Made by a program: the position numbers and the translations under genes
Origin: Eledone cirrhosa
Lineage: Eukaryota
DNA: 64,000 nt
NCBI GenBank assembly: GCA_964016885.1
Contig: OZ024742.1
Location: forward strand, 5,952,001 to 6,016,000
Reading direction: 5' to 3'
The notes under the pieces: model-generated
The model's database searches: none
Told to the model about the DNA's origin: nothing
The model's input: the letters and a program-made list of their open reading frames with translations, nothing else
Part shown: positions 42,001-57,000 of the stretch, one piece after another
Layout: each line of letters starts with the position of its first letter
Numbering within the stretch: position 1 is the stretch's first letter

Positions 42001-45000
42001 TCATTGCTGTTGTTGCTGCTATTGCTGTCATTGCTGTCATTGCTGTTATTGCTGCTATTGCTGTGATTGTTGATATTGCTGTTATTGCTGTCATTGCTGT
42101 TATTGTTGTTATTGCTGTTATTGCTGTCAGTGCTGTTATTGCTGTTATTGCTGTTATTGCTGTCAGTGCTGTTATTGCTGTTATTGCTGTTATTGCTGTT
42201 ATAGCTGTCATTGCTGTCATTGCTGTTATTGCTGTCATTGCTGTCATTGCTGTTATTGCTGCGATTACTGTTATTGCTGTCATTGCTGTTATTGCTGTTA
42301 TTGTTGTCATTGCTGTTATTGCCGTCATTGCTGTCATTGCTGTTATTGCTATTATTGCTGTCATTGCTGTCATTGCTGTTATTGCTGTCATTGCTGTTAT
42401 TGCTGTCATTGCTGTCATTGCTGTTATTTCTGTTATTGCTGTTATTGTTGTTATTGCTGTCATTGCTCTTATTGCTGTTATTGCTGTTATTGCTGCGATT
42501 GCTGATATTGCTGATATTGTTGTCATTGCTGTTATTGCTGTTATTGCTGTTATTGCTACGATGGCTGATATTGCTGTTATTGCTATTATTTCTGTCATTG
42601 CTGTTATTGCTGTCATTGCTGTCTTTGCTGTTATTGTTGTCATTGCTGTTATTGCTGTTATTGCTGTCATTGCTATTATTGCTGTCATTGCTGTCATTGA
42701 TGTTATTGCTGTCATTGCTGTTATTGCTATTATTGCTGTCATTGCTGTCATTGCTGTTATTGCTGTTATTGCTGTTATTGCTGTCATTGCTGTTATTGCT
42801 GTCATTGCTGTTATTGCTGTTATTGCTGTTATTGCTGTCATTGCTGTTATTGCTGTTATTGCGGTCACTGCTGTCATTGCTGACATATCTGTTTTTGATG
42901 TTATTGGTATCATTGCTGTCATTGCTGTTAGTACTGTCATTGCTGCTATGGCTGTTATTGCTGTTATTGCTGTCATTGCTGTCATTGCTGTCATTGCTGT
43001 CATTGCTGTTATTGCTGTTATTTCTGTTATTGCTGTCATTGCAGTTATTGCTGTTATTGTTGCGATTGCTGATATTGCTGTTATTTCTCTCATTGCTGTT
43101 ATTGTTGTTATTGCTGTTATTGCTGTTATAGTTGTCATTGCTGTTATTGCTGTTATTGCTGTCATTGCTGTTATTGCTGTCATTGCTGTTATTGTTGTCA
43201 TTGTTGTTATTGCTGTTATTGCTGGCATTGCTGTTATTGCTGCGATTGCTGATATTGCTGTTATTGCTGCGATTGCTGATATTGATGTTATTGCTGTCAT
43301 TGCTGTTATTGCTGTTATTTCTGTCATTGCTAATATTGCTATTATTGCTGTCATTTCTGTTATTGCTGTCATTGCTATTATTGCTGTTATTGTTGTCATT
43401 GCTGTTATTGCTGTTATTGCTGTTATTTCTGTCATTGCAGTCATTGCTGTTATTGCTGTCATTGCTGTCTTTGCTGTTATTGATGTTATTGCTGCCATTG
43501 CAGTTATTGCTGTTATTGATGTTATTGCTGTTATTGCTGTCATTGCTGCCATTGCTGTCATTGCTGTCATTGCTGTTATTGCTGTTATTGCTGCGATTGC
43601 TGATATTGCTGTTATTGCTGTTATTGCTGTCATTGCTGTTATTGCTGTCATTGCAGTTATTGCTGTCATTGCAGTTATTGCTGTTATTGCTGTTATTGCT
43701 GTTATTGCTGGCATTGCTGATATTGCTGTCATTGCTGTTATTGCTGTTATTGCTGCGATTGCTGTTATTGCTGTTATTGCTGTCATTGCTGTTATTGTTG
43801 TCATTGCTGTTATTGCTGTCATTGCTGTCATTGCTGTTCTTGCTATTATTGCTGTCATTACTGTCATTGCTGTTATTGCTGTCATTGCTGTCATTGCTGT
43901 CATTGCTGTTATTGCTGTTATTGCTGTCATTTCTGTTATTGCTGTCATTGCTGTCATTGCTGTTATTTCTGTTATTGCTGTTATTGTTGTTATTGCTGTC
44001 ATTGCTCTTATTGCTGTTATTGCTGCGATTGCTGATATTGGTGTAATTGTTGTCATTGCTGTTATTGCTGTTATTGCTGTTATTGCTGCGATGGCTGATA
44101 TTGCTATTATTGCTGTCATTGCTGTCATTGCTATTATTTCTGTCATTGCTGTTATTGCTGTCATTGCTGTCATTGCTGTCATTGCTGTTATTGTTGTCAT
44201 TGCTGTTATTGGTGTCATTGGTGTCATTGCTGTTATTGCTGTTATTGCTATTATTGCTGTTATTGTTGTCATTGCTGTTATTGCTGTCATTGCTGTCATT
44301 GCTGTTATTGCTATTATTGCTGTCATTGCTGTCATTGCTGTCATTGCTGTCATTGCTGTCGTTGCTCTTATTGCTATTATTGATGTCATTGCTGTTATTG
44401 CTGTCATTGCTGTCATTGCTGTTATTGTTGTCATTGCTGTCATTGCTGTCATTGCTGTCATTGCTGTTATTGCTATTATTGCTGTCATTGCTGTTATTGC
44501 TGTCATTGCTGTCGTTGCTCTTATTGCTATTATTGATGTCATTGCTGTTATTGCTGTCATTGCTGTCATTGCTGTTATTTCTGTCATTGTTGTTATTGCT
44601 GTTATAGTTGTCATTGCTCTTATTGCTGTCATTGCTGTTATTGATGCGATTGCTCTTATTGCTGTCATTGCTGTTATTGATGCGATTGCTAATATTGCTG
44701 TTATTGCTGTCATTGCTGTTATTGGTGTTATTGCTGTCATTGCTGTAATTGCTGTTATTGCTGTTATTGCTGTCATTGCAGTCATTGCTGTTATTGCTGT
44801 CATTGCTGTTATTGCTGCCATTGCAGTTACTGCTGTTATTGCTGTTATTGCTGTTATTGCTGTCATTGCTGTTGTTGCTGTTATTGCTGTTATTGCTGCG
44901 ATTGCTGTTATTGCTGTCATTGCTGTTATTGCTGTTATTGTTGTCATTGCTGTTATTGCTGTCATTGCTGTCATTTCTGTCATTGCTGCCATAGCTGTTA

Positions 45001-48000
45001 TTTCTGTTATTGCTGTTATTGTTGTTATTGTTGTCATTGCTCTTATTGCTGTTATTGCTGTTATTGCTGCGATTGCTGATATTGCTGTTATTGTTGTCAT
45101 TGCTGTTATTGCTATTATTGCTGTTATTGCTGTTATTGCTACGATGGCTGATATTGCTGTTATTGCTATTATTCCTGTCATTGCTGTTATTGCTGTCATT
45201 GCTGTCCTTGCTGTTATTGTTGTCATTGCTGTTATTGCTGTCATTGCTGTTATTGCTTTTATTGCTGTCATTGCTGTCATTGCTGTCATTGCTGTCATTG
45301 CTGTTATTGCTATTATTGCTGTCATTGCTGTCATTGCTGTAATTTCTGTTATTGCTGTTATTGCTGTCATTGCAGTCATTGCTGTTATAGTTGTCATTGC
45401 GGTTATTGCTGTCATTGCTGTCATTACTGTTATTACTGTCATTGCTGTCATTGCTGTCATTGCTGTTATATCTGTTATTGCTGTGATTGCTGTCATTGCT
45501 GTCATTGCTGTCATTGCTGTTATTGCTGTCATTGCTGTTATTACTGTTATTTCAGTCACTGCTGTCATTGCTGTCATTGCTGTCATTGCCGTTATTGCTG
45601 TTATTGCTGTCATTGCTGTCATTGCTGTTATTGCTATCATTGCTGTTATTGCTGTTATTGCAGTCATTGCTGTCATTGCTGTCATTGCTGTCATTGCTGT
45701 CATTGCTGTTATTGCTGTCATTGCTGTCATTGCTGTCATTGCTGTCATTGCTGTCATTGCTGTCATTGCTGTCATTGCTGACATATCTGTTTTTGATGTT
45801 ATTGGTATCATTGCTGTCATTGCTGTTAGTACTGTCATTGCTGCTATGGCTGTTATTGCTGTTATTGCTGTCATTGCTGTCATTGCTGTCATTGCTGTTA
45901 TTGCTGTTATTGCTGTTATTGCTGTTATTGCTGTCATTGCAGTTATTGCTGTTATTGCTGCGATTGCTGATATTGCTGTTATTTCTCTCATTGCTGTTAT
46001 TGTTGTTATGGCTGTTATTGCTGTTATAGTTGTCATTGCTGTTATTGCTGTTATTGCTGTCATTGCTGTTATTGCTGTCATTGCTGTTATTGTTGTCATT
46101 GTTGTTATTGCTGTTATTGCTGGCATTGCTGTTATTGCTGCGATTGCTGATATTGCTGTTATTGCTGCGATTGCTGATATTGATGTTATTGCTGTCATTG
46201 CTGTTATTGCTGTTATTTCTGTCATTGCTGATATTGCTATTATTGCTGTCATTTCTGTTATTGCTGTCATTGCTATTATTGCTGTTATTGTTGTCATTGC
46301 TGTTATTGCTGTTATTGCTGTTATTTCTGTCATTGCTGTCATTGCTGTCTTTGCTGTTATTGATGTTATTGCTGCCATTGCAGTTATTGCTGTTATTGAT
46401 GTTATTGCTGTTATTGCTGTCATTGCTGCCATTGCTGTCATTGCTGTCATTGCTGTTATTGCTGTTATTGCTGCGATTGCTGATATTGCTGTTATTGCTG
46501 TTATTGCTGTCATTGCTGTTATTGCTGTCATTGCAGTTATTGCTGTCATTGCAGTTATTGCTGTTATTGCTGTTATTGCTGTTATTGCTGGCATTGCTGA
46601 TATTGCTGTCATTGCTGTTATTGCTGTTATTGCTGCGATTGCTGTTATTGCTGTTATTGCTGTCATTGCTGTTATTGTTGTCATTGCTGTTATTGCTGTC
46701 ATTGCTGTCATTGCTGTTCTTGCTATTATTGCTGTCATTACTGTCATTGCTGTTATTGCTGTCATTTCTGTTATTGCTGTCATTGCTGTCATTGCTGTTA
46801 TTTCTGTTATTGCTGTTATTGTTGTTATTGCTGTCATTGCTCTTATTGCTGTTATTGCTGCGATTGCTGATATTGGTGTAATTGTTGTCATTGCTGTTAT
46901 TGCGGTTATTGCTGTTATTGCTGTTATTGCTGCGATGGCTGATATTGCTATTATTGCTGTCATTGCTGTCATTGCTATTATTTCTGTCATTGCTGTTATT
47001 GCTGTCATTGCTGTCATTGCTGTCATTGCTGTCATTGCTGTTATTGTTGTCATTGCTGTTATTGGTGTCATTGGTGTCATTGCTGTTATTGCTGTTATTG
47101 CTATTATTGCTGTTATTGTTGTCATTGCTGTTATTGCTGTCATTGCTGTCATTGCTGTTATTGCTATTATTGCTGTCATTGCTGTCATTGCTGTCATTGC
47201 TGTCGTTGCTCTTATTGCTATTATTGATGTCATTGCTGTTATTGCTGTCATTGCTGTCATTGCTGTTATTGTTGTCATTGCTGTCATTGCTGTCATTGCT
47301 GTCATTGCTGTTATTGCTATTATTGCTGTCATTGCTGTTATTGCTGTCATTGCTGTCGTTGCTCTTATTGCTATTATTGATGTCATTGCTGTTATTGCTG
47401 TCATTGCTGTCATTGCTGTTATTTCTGTCATTGCTGTTATTGCTGTTATAGTTGTCATTGCTCTTATTGCTGTCATTGCTGTTATTGATGCGATTGCTAA
47501 TATTGCTGTTATTGCTGTCATTGCTGTTATTGGTGTTATTGCTGTCATTGCTGTAATTGCTGTTATTGCTGTTATTGCTGTCATTGCAGTCATTGCTGTT
47601 ATTGCTGTCATTGCTGTTATTGCTGCCATTGCAGTTACTGCTGTTATTGCTGTTATTGCTGTTATTGCTGTCATTGCTGTTGTTGCTGTTATTGCTGTTA
47701 TTGCTGCGATTGCTGTTATTGCTGTCATTGCTGTTATTGCTGTTATTGTTGTCATTGCTGTTATTGCTGTCATTGCTGTCATTTCTGTCATTGCTGTTAT
47801 TGCTGTTATTGCTGCGATTGCTGATATTGCTGTTATTGTTGTCATTGCTGTTATTGCTGTTATTGTTGTTATTGCTGTTATTGCTACGATGGCTGATATT
47901 GCTGTTATTGCTATTATTCCTGTCATTGCTGTCATTGCTGTCCTTGCTGTTATTGTTGTCATTGCTGTTATTGCTGTCATTGCTGTTATTGCTGTTATTG

Positions 48001-51000
48001 CTGTCATTGCTGTCATTGCTGTCATTGCTGTCATTGCTGTTATTGCTATTATTGCTGTCATTGCTGTCATTGCTGTAATTGCTGTTATTGCTGTTATTGC
48101 TGTCATTGCAGTCATTGCTGTTATAGTTGTCATTGCGGTTATTGCTGTCATTGCTGTCATTACTGTTATTACTGTCATTGCTGTCATTGCTGTCATTGCT
48201 GTTATTGCTGTCATTGCTGTCATTGCTGTTATTGTTGTCATTGCTGTTATTGCTGTCATTGCTGTTATATCTGTTATTGCTGTGATTGCTGTCATTGCTG
48301 TCATTGCTGTCATTGCTGTTATTGCTGTCATTGCTTTTATTACTGTTATTGCAGTCACTGCTGTCATTGCTGTCATTGCTGTCATTGCTGTTATTGCTGT
48401 TATTGCTGTCATTGCTGTCATTGCTGTTATTGCTATCATTGCTGTTATTGCTGTTATTGCAGTCATTGCTGTCATTGCTGTCATTGCTGTCATTGCTGTC
48501 ATTGCTGTTATTGCTGTCATTGCTGTCATTGCTGTCATTGCTGTCATTGCTGTTATTGCAGTCATTGCTGTCATTGCTGTCATTGCTGTTATTGCTGTCA
48601 TTGCTGTCATTGCTGTCATTGCTGTCATTGCTGTCATTGCTGTCATTGCTGTTATTCCTGTCATTGCTGTTATTGCTGTTATTGCTGTCATTGCTGTCAT
48701 TGCTGTTATTGCTGTTATTGCTGTCATTGCTGTCATTGCTGTTATTCCTGTCATTGCTGATATTGCTATTATTGCTGCCATTGTTGTTATTGATGCGATT
48801 GCTGATATTGCTGTTATTGCTGTCATTGCTGTTATTGCTGCGATTGCTGATATTGCTGTTATTGCTGTCATTGGTGTTATTGCTGTCATTGCTGTTATTG
48901 CTGTTATTGCAGTCATTGCTGTTATTGGTGTTATTGCTGTCATTGCAGTCATTGCTGTTATTGCTGTCATTGCTGTCATTGCTATTATTGTTGTTATTGC
49001 TGCCATTGCAGTTATTGCTCTTATTGCTATTATTGCTGTTATTGCTGGCATTGCTGTTATTGCTGTTATTGCTGTCATTGCTGATATTGCAGTCATTGCT
49101 GTTATTGCTGTCATTGCTATTATTGCTGTTATTGCTGCTATTGCAGTTATTGCTCTTATTGCTGTTATTGCTGTTATTGCTGTCATTGCTGTTATTGCTG
49201 TTGTTGCTCTTATTGCTGTTATTGCTGTCATTGCTGTCATTGCAGTCATTGCTGTTATTGCTGGCATTGCTGCCATTGCTGTCATTTCTGTCATTGCTGT
49301 TATTGCTGTCATTGTAGTTATTGCTGTTATTGCTGCGATTGCTGATATTGCTGTTATTGCTGTCATTGCTGTTATTGCTGTTATTTCTGTCATTGCTGAT
49401 ATTGCTATTATTGCTGTCATTTCTGTTATTGCTGTCATTGCTATTATTGCTGTTATTGTTGTCATTGCTGTTATTGCTGTTATTGCTGTTATTTCTGTCA
49501 TTGCAGTCATTGCTGTTATTGATGTCATTGCTGTCTTTGCTGTTATTGAAGTTATTGCTGCCATTGCAGTTATTGTTGTTATTGATGTTATTGCTGTTAT
49601 TGCTGTCATTGCTGCCATTGCTGTCATTGCTGTCATTGCTGTTATTGCTGTTATTGCTGCGATTGCTGATATTGCTGTTATTGCTGTTATTGCTGTCATT
49701 GCTGTTATTGCTGTCATTGCAGTTATTGCTGTCATTGCAGTTATTGCTGTTATTGCTGTTATTGCTGTTATTGCTGGCATTGCTGATATTGCTGTCATTG
49801 CTGTTATTGCTGTTATTGCTGCGATTGCTGTTATTGCTGTTATTGCTGTCATTGCTGTTATTGTTGTCATTGCTGTTATTGCTGTCATTGCCGTTCTTAC
49901 TATTATTGCTGTCATTACTGTCATTGCTGTTATTGCTGTCATTGCTGTCATTGCTGTCATTGCTGTTATTGCTGTTATTGCTGTCATTTCTGTTATTGCT
50001 GTCATTGCTGTCATTGCTGTTATTTCTGTTATTGCTGTTATTGTTGTTATTGCTGTCATTGCTCTTATTGCTGTTATTGCTGCGATTGCTGATATTGGTG
50101 TAATTGTTGTCATTGCTGTTATTGCTGTTATTGCTGTTATTGCTGCGATGGCTGATATTGCTATTATTGCTGTCATTGCTGTCATTGCTATTATTTCTGT
50201 CATTGCTGTTATTGCTGTCATTGCTGTCATTGCTGTCATTGCTGTTATTGTTGTCATTGCTGTTATTGGTGTCATTGGTGTCATTGCTGTTATTGCTGTT
50301 ATTGCTATTATTGCTGTTATTGTTGTCATTGCTGTTATTGCTGTCATTGCTGTCATTGCTGTTATTGCTATTATTGCTGTCATTGCTGTCATTGCTGTCA
50401 TTGCTGTCGTTGCTCTTATTGCTATTATTGATGTCATTGCTGTTATTGCTGTCATTGCTGTCATTGCTGTTATTGTTGTCATTGCTGTCATTGCTGTCAT
50501 TGCTGTCATTGGTGTTATTGCTATTATTGCTGTCATTGCTGTTATTGCTGTCATTGCTGTCGTTGCTCTTATTGCTATTATTGATGTCATTGCTGTTATT
50601 GCTGTCATTGCTGTCATTGCTGTTATTTCTGTCATTGCTGTTATTGCTGTTATAGTTGTCATTGCTCTTATTGCTGTCATTGCTGTTATTGATGCGATTG
50701 CTAATATTGCTGTTATTGCTGTCATTGCTGTTATTGGTGTTATTGCTGTCATTGCTGTAATTGCTGTTATTGCTGTTATTGCTGTCATTGCAGTCATTGC
50801 TGTTATTGCTGTCATTGCTGTTATTGCTGCCATTGCAGTTACTGCTGTTATTGCTGTTATTGCTGTTATTGCTGTCATTGCTGTCATTGCTGTTGTTGCT
50901 GTTATTGCTGTTATTGCTGCGATTGCTGTTATTGCTGTCATTGCTGTTATTGCTGTTATTGTTGTCATTGCTGTGATTGCTGTCATTGCTGTCATTTCTG

Positions 51001-54000
51001 TCATTGCTGTCATAGCTGTTATTTCTGTTATTGCTGTTATTGTTGTTATTGTTGTCATTGCTCTTATTGCTGTTAATGCTGTTATTGCTGCGATTGCTGA
51101 TATTGCTGTTATTGTTGTCATTGCTGTTATTGCTGTTATTGCTGTTATTGCTGTTATTGCTACGATGGCTGATATTGCTGTTATTGCTATTATTCCTGTC
51201 ATTGCTGTTATTGCTGTCATTGCTGTCCTTGTTGTTATTGTTGTCATTGCTGTTATTGCTGTCATTGCTGTTATTGCTGTTATTGCTGTCATTGCTGTCA
51301 TTGCTGTCATTGCTGTCATTGCTGTTATTGCTATTATTGCTGTCATTGCTGTCATTGCGGTAATTGCTGTTATTGCTGTTATTGCTGTCATTGCAGTCAT
51401 TGCTGTTATAGTTGTCATTGAGGTTATTGCTGTCATTGCTGTCATTACTGTTATTACTGTCATTGCTGTCATTGCTGTCATTGCTGTTATATCTGTTATT
51501 GCTGTGATTGCTGTCATTGCTGTCATTGCTGTCATTGCTGTTATTGCTGTCATTGCTGTTATTACTGTTATTGCAGTCACTGCTGTCATTGCTGTCATTG
51601 CTGTCATTGCTGTTATTGCTGTTATTGCTGTCATTGCTGTCATTGCTGTTATTGCTATCATTGCTGTTATTGCAGTCATTGCTGTCATTGCTGTCATTGC
51701 TGTCATTGCTGTCATTGCTGTTATTGCTGTCATTGCTGTCATTGCTGTCATTGCTGTCATTGCTGTTATTGCAGTCATTGCTGTCATTGCTGTCATTGCT
51801 GTTATTGCTGTCATTGCTGTCATTGCTGTCATTGCTGTCATTGCTGTCATTGCTGTCATTGCTGTTATTCCTGTCATTGCTGTTATTGCTGTTATTGCTG
51901 TCATTGCTGTCATTGCTGTTATTGCTGTTATTGCTGTCATTGCTGTCATTGCTGTTATTCCTGTCATTGCTGATATTGCTATTATTGCTGCCATTGCTGT
52001 TATTGATGCGATTGCTGATATTGCTGTTATTGCTGTCATTGCTGTTATTGCTGCCATTGCTGATATTGCTGTTATTGCTGTCATTGGTGTTATTGCTGTC
52101 ATTGCTGTTATTGCTGTTATTGCTGTCATTGCTGTTATTGGTGTTATTGCTGTCATTGCAGTCATTGCTGTTATTGCTGTCATTGCTGTCATTGCTATTA
52201 TTGTTGTTATTGCTGCCATTGCAGTTATTGCTCTTATTGCTATTATTGCTGTTATTGCTGGCATTGCTGTTATTGCTGTTATTGCTGTCATTGCTTATAT
52301 TGCACTCATTGCTGTTATTGCTGTCATTGCTATTATTGCTGTTATTGCTGCTATTGCAGTTATTGCTCTTATTGCTGTTATTGCTGTTATTGCTGTCATT
52401 GCTGTTATTGCTGTTGTTGCTCTTATTGCTGTTATTGCTGTCATTGCAGTCATTGCTGTTATTGCTGGCATTGCTGCCATTGCTGTCATTTTTGTCATTG
52501 CTGTTATTGCTGTCATTGTAGTTATTGCTGTTATTGCTGCGATTGCTGATATTGCTGTTATTGCTGTCATTGCTGTTATTGCTGTTATTGCTGTTATAGT
52601 TGTCATTGCTGTTATTGCTGTTATTGCTGTCATTGCTGTTATTGCTGTTATTGGTGTTATTGCTGTTATAGTTGTCATTGTTGTTATTGCTGTCATTGCT
52701 GTTATTGCTGTTATTGCAGTCTTTGCTGTAATTGCTGTCATTGCTGTTATTGCTGTTATTGCTGTCATTGCTGTCATTGCTGTTATTGCTGTCATTGCTG
52801 TCATTGCTGTTATTGCTGTTATTGCTGTCATTGCTGTCATTGCTGTTATTACTATCATTGCTGTTATTGCTGTTATTGCAGTCATTGCTGTCATTGCTGT
52901 CATTGCTGTCATTGCTGTTATTGCTGTCATTGCTGTCATTGCTGTCATTGCTGTTATTGCAGTCATTGCTGTCATTGCTGTCATTGCTGTTATTGCTGTC
53001 ATTCCTGTCATTGCTGTCATTGCTGTCATTGCTGTTTTCCTGTCATTGCTGTTATTGCTGTTATTGCTGTCATTGCTGTCATTGCTGTAATTGCTGTTAT
53101 AGCTGTCATTGCTGTCATTGCTGTTATTCATGTCATTGCTGATATTGCTGTTATTGCTGTCATTGCTGTTATTGCTGTTATTTCTGTCATTGCTGATATT
53201 GCTATTATTGCTGCCATTGCTGTTATTGATGCGATTGCTGATATTGCTGTTATTGCTGTCGTTGCTGTTATTGCTGCGATTGCTGATATTGCTGTTATTG
53301 CTGTCATTGGTGTTATTGCTGTCATTGCTGTTATTGCTGTTATTGCTGTCATTGCTGTTATTGCTGTTATTGCTGTTGTTGCTGTTATAGCTGTCATTGC
53401 TGTTATTGCTGTCATTGCTGTCATTGCTATTATTGATGTTATTGCAGCCATTGCAGTTATTGCTCTTATTGCTATTATTGCTGTTATTGCTGGCATTGCT
53501 GTTATTGCTGTTATTGCTGTCATTGCTGATATTGCAGTCATTGCTGTTCTTGCTGTCATTGCTATTATCGCTGTTATTGCTGCTATTGCAGTTATTGCTC
53601 TTATTGCTGTTATTGCTGTTATTGCTGTCATTGCTGTTATTGCTGTTGTTGCTCTTATTGCTGTTATTGCTGTCATTGCTGTCATTGCAGTCATTGCTGT
53701 TATTGCTGGCATTGCTGTCATTGCTGTCATTGCTGTCATTGCTGTTATTGCTGTTATTGCTGTTATTGCAGTCATTGCTGTCATTGCTGTCATTGCTGTT
53801 ATTGCTGTCATTGCTGTCATTGCTGTCATTGCTGTCATTGCTGTCATTGCTGTCATTGCTGTCATTGCTGTTATTCCTGTCGTTGCTGTTATTGCTGTTA
53901 TTGCTGTCATTGCTGTTATTGCTGTTATTGCTGTTATTGCTGTTATTGCTGTCATTGCTGTCATTGCTGTTATTCCTGTCATTGCTGATATTGCTGTTAT

Positions 54001-57000
54001 TGCTGTCATTGCTGTTATTGCTGTTATTTCTGTCATTGCTGATATTGCTATTATTGCTGCCATTGCTGTTATTGATGCGATTGCTGATATTGCTGTTATT
54101 GCTGTCATTGCTGTTATTGCTGCGATTGCTGATATTGCTGTTATTGCTGTCATTGGTGTTATTGCTGTCATTGCTGTTATTGCTGTTATTGCTGTCATTG
54201 CTGTTATTGCTGTTATTGCTGTCATTGCAGTCATTGCTGTTATTGCTGTCATTGCTGTCATTGCTATTATTGCTGTTATTGTTGCCATTGCAGTTATTGC
54301 TCTTATTGCTATTATTGCTGGTATTGCTGGCATTGCTGTTATTGCTGTTATTGCTGTCATTGCTGATATTGCAGTCATTGCTGTTATTGCTGTCATTGCT
54401 ATTATTGCTGTTATTGCTGCTATTGCAGTTATTGCTCTTATTGCTGTTATTGCTGTTATTGCTGTTATTGCTGTTGTTGCTCTTATTGCTGTTATTGCTG
54501 TCATTGCTGTCATTGCAGTCATTGCTGTTATTGCTGGCATTGCTGTCATTGCTGTCATTGCTGTCATTGCTGTCATTGCTGTTATTGCTGTCATTGTAGT
54601 TATTGCTGTTATTGCTGCGATTGCTGATATTGCTGTTATTGCTGTCATTGCTGTTATTGCTGTTATTGCTGTTATTGCTGTTATAGTTGTCATTGCTGTT
54701 ATTGCTGTTATTGCTGTCATTGCTGTTATTGCTGTTATTGCTGTTATAGTTGTCATTGTTGTTATTGCTGTCATTGCTGTTATTGCTGTAATTGCAGTCT
54801 TTGCTGTCATTGCTGTCATTGCTGTTATTGCTGTTATTGCTGTCATTGCTGTCATTGCTGTCATTGGTGTTATTGCTGTCATTGCTGTTATTGCTGTTAT
54901 TGCAGTCATTGCTGTCATTGGTGTCATTGCTGTCATTGCTGTCATTGCTGTTATTGCTGTTATTGCTGTCATTGCTGTCATTGCTGTCATTGCTGTCACT
55001 GCTGTCATTGCTGACATATCTGTTTTTGATGTTATTGGTATCATTTCTGTCATTGCTGTTAGTACTGTCATTGCTGCTATGGCTGTTATTGCTGTTATTG
55101 CTGTCATTGCTGTCATTGCTGTCATTGCTGTTATTGCTGTTATTGCTGTTATTGCTGTCATTGCAGTTATTTCTGTTATTGCTGCGATTGCTGATATTGC
55201 TGTTATTTCTCTCATTGCTGTTATTGTTGTTATTGCTGTTATTGCTGTTATAGTTGTCATTGCTGTTATTGCTGTTATTGCTGTCATTGCTGTTATTGCT
55301 GTCATTGCTGTTATTGTTGTCATTGTTGTTATTGCTGTTATTGCTGCGATTGCTGATATTGATGTTATTGCTGCGATTGCTGATATTGCTGTTATTGCTT
55401 CGATTGCTGATATTGATGTTATTGCTGTCATTGCTGTTATTGCTGTTATTTCTGTCATTGCTGATATTGCTATTATTGCTGTCATTTCTGTTATTGCTGT
55501 CATTGCTATTATTGCTGTTATTGTTGTCATTGCTGTTATTGCTGTTATTGCTGTTATTTCTGTCATTTCAGTCATTGCTGTTATTGCTGTCATTGCTGTC
55601 TTTGCTGTTATTGATGTTATTGCTGCCATTGCAGTTATTGCTGTTATTGATGTTATTGCTGTTATTGCTGTCATTGCTGCCATTGCTGTCATTGCTGTCA
55701 TTGCTGTTATTGCTGTTATTGCTGCGATTGCTGATATTGCTGTTATTGCTGTTATTGCTGTCATTGCTGTTATTGCTGTCGTTGCAGTTATTGCTGTCAT
55801 TGCAGTTATTGCTGTTATTGCTGTTATTGCTGTTATTGCTGGCATTGCTGATATTGCTGTCATTGCTGTTATTGCTGTTATTGCTGCGATTGCTGTTATT
55901 GCTGTTATTGCTGTCATTGCTGTTATTGTTGTCATTGCTGTTATTGCTGTTATTGCTGTCATTGCTGTTCTTGCTATTATTGCTGTCATTACTGTCATTG
56001 CTGTTATTGCTGTCATTGCTGTCATTGCTGTTATTGCTGTTATTGCTGTCATTTCTGTTATTGCTGTCATTGCTGTCATTGCTGTTATTTCTGTTATTGC
56101 TGTTATTGTTGTTATTGCTGTCATTGCTCTTATTGCTGTTATTGCTGCGATTGCTGATATTGGTGTAATTGTTGTCATTGCTGTTATTGCTGTTATTGCT
56201 GTTATTGCTGCGATGGCTGATATTGCTATTATTGCTGTCATTGCTGTCATTGCTATTATTTCTGTCATTGCTGTTATTGCTGTCATTGCTGTCATTGCTG
56301 TCATTGCTGTTATTGTTGTCATTGCTGTTATTGGTGTCATTGGTGTCATTGCTGTTATTGCTGTTATTGCTATTATTGCTGTTATTGTTGTCATTGCTGT
56401 TATTGCTGTCATTGCTGTCATTGCTGTTATTGCTATTATTGCTGTCATTGCTGTCATTGCTGTCATTGCTGTCGTTGCTCTTATTGCTATTATTGATGTC
56501 ATTGCTGTTATTGCTGTCATTGCTGTCATTGCTGTTATTGTTGTCATTGCTGTCATTGCTGTCATTGCTGTCATTGCTGTTATTGCTATTATTGCTGTCA
56601 TTGCTGTCATTGCTGTCGTTGCTCTTATTGCTATTATTGATGTCATTGCTGTTATTGTTGTCATTGCTGTCATAGCTGTTATTTCTGTCATTGCTGTTAT
56701 TGCTGTTATAGTTGTCATTGCTCTTATTGCTGTCATTGCTGTTATTGATGCGATTGCTAATATTGCTGTTATTGCTGTAATTGCTGTTATTGCTGTTATT
56801 GCTGTCATTGCAGTCATTGCTGTTATTGCTGTCATTGCTGTTATTGCTGCCATTGCAGTTACTGCTGTTATTGCTGTTATTGCTGTTATTGCTGTCATTG
56901 CTGTTGTTGCTGTTATTGCTGTTATTGCTGCGATTGCTGTTATTGCTGTCATTGCTGTTATTGCTGTTATTGTTGTCATTGCTGTTATTGCTGTCATTGC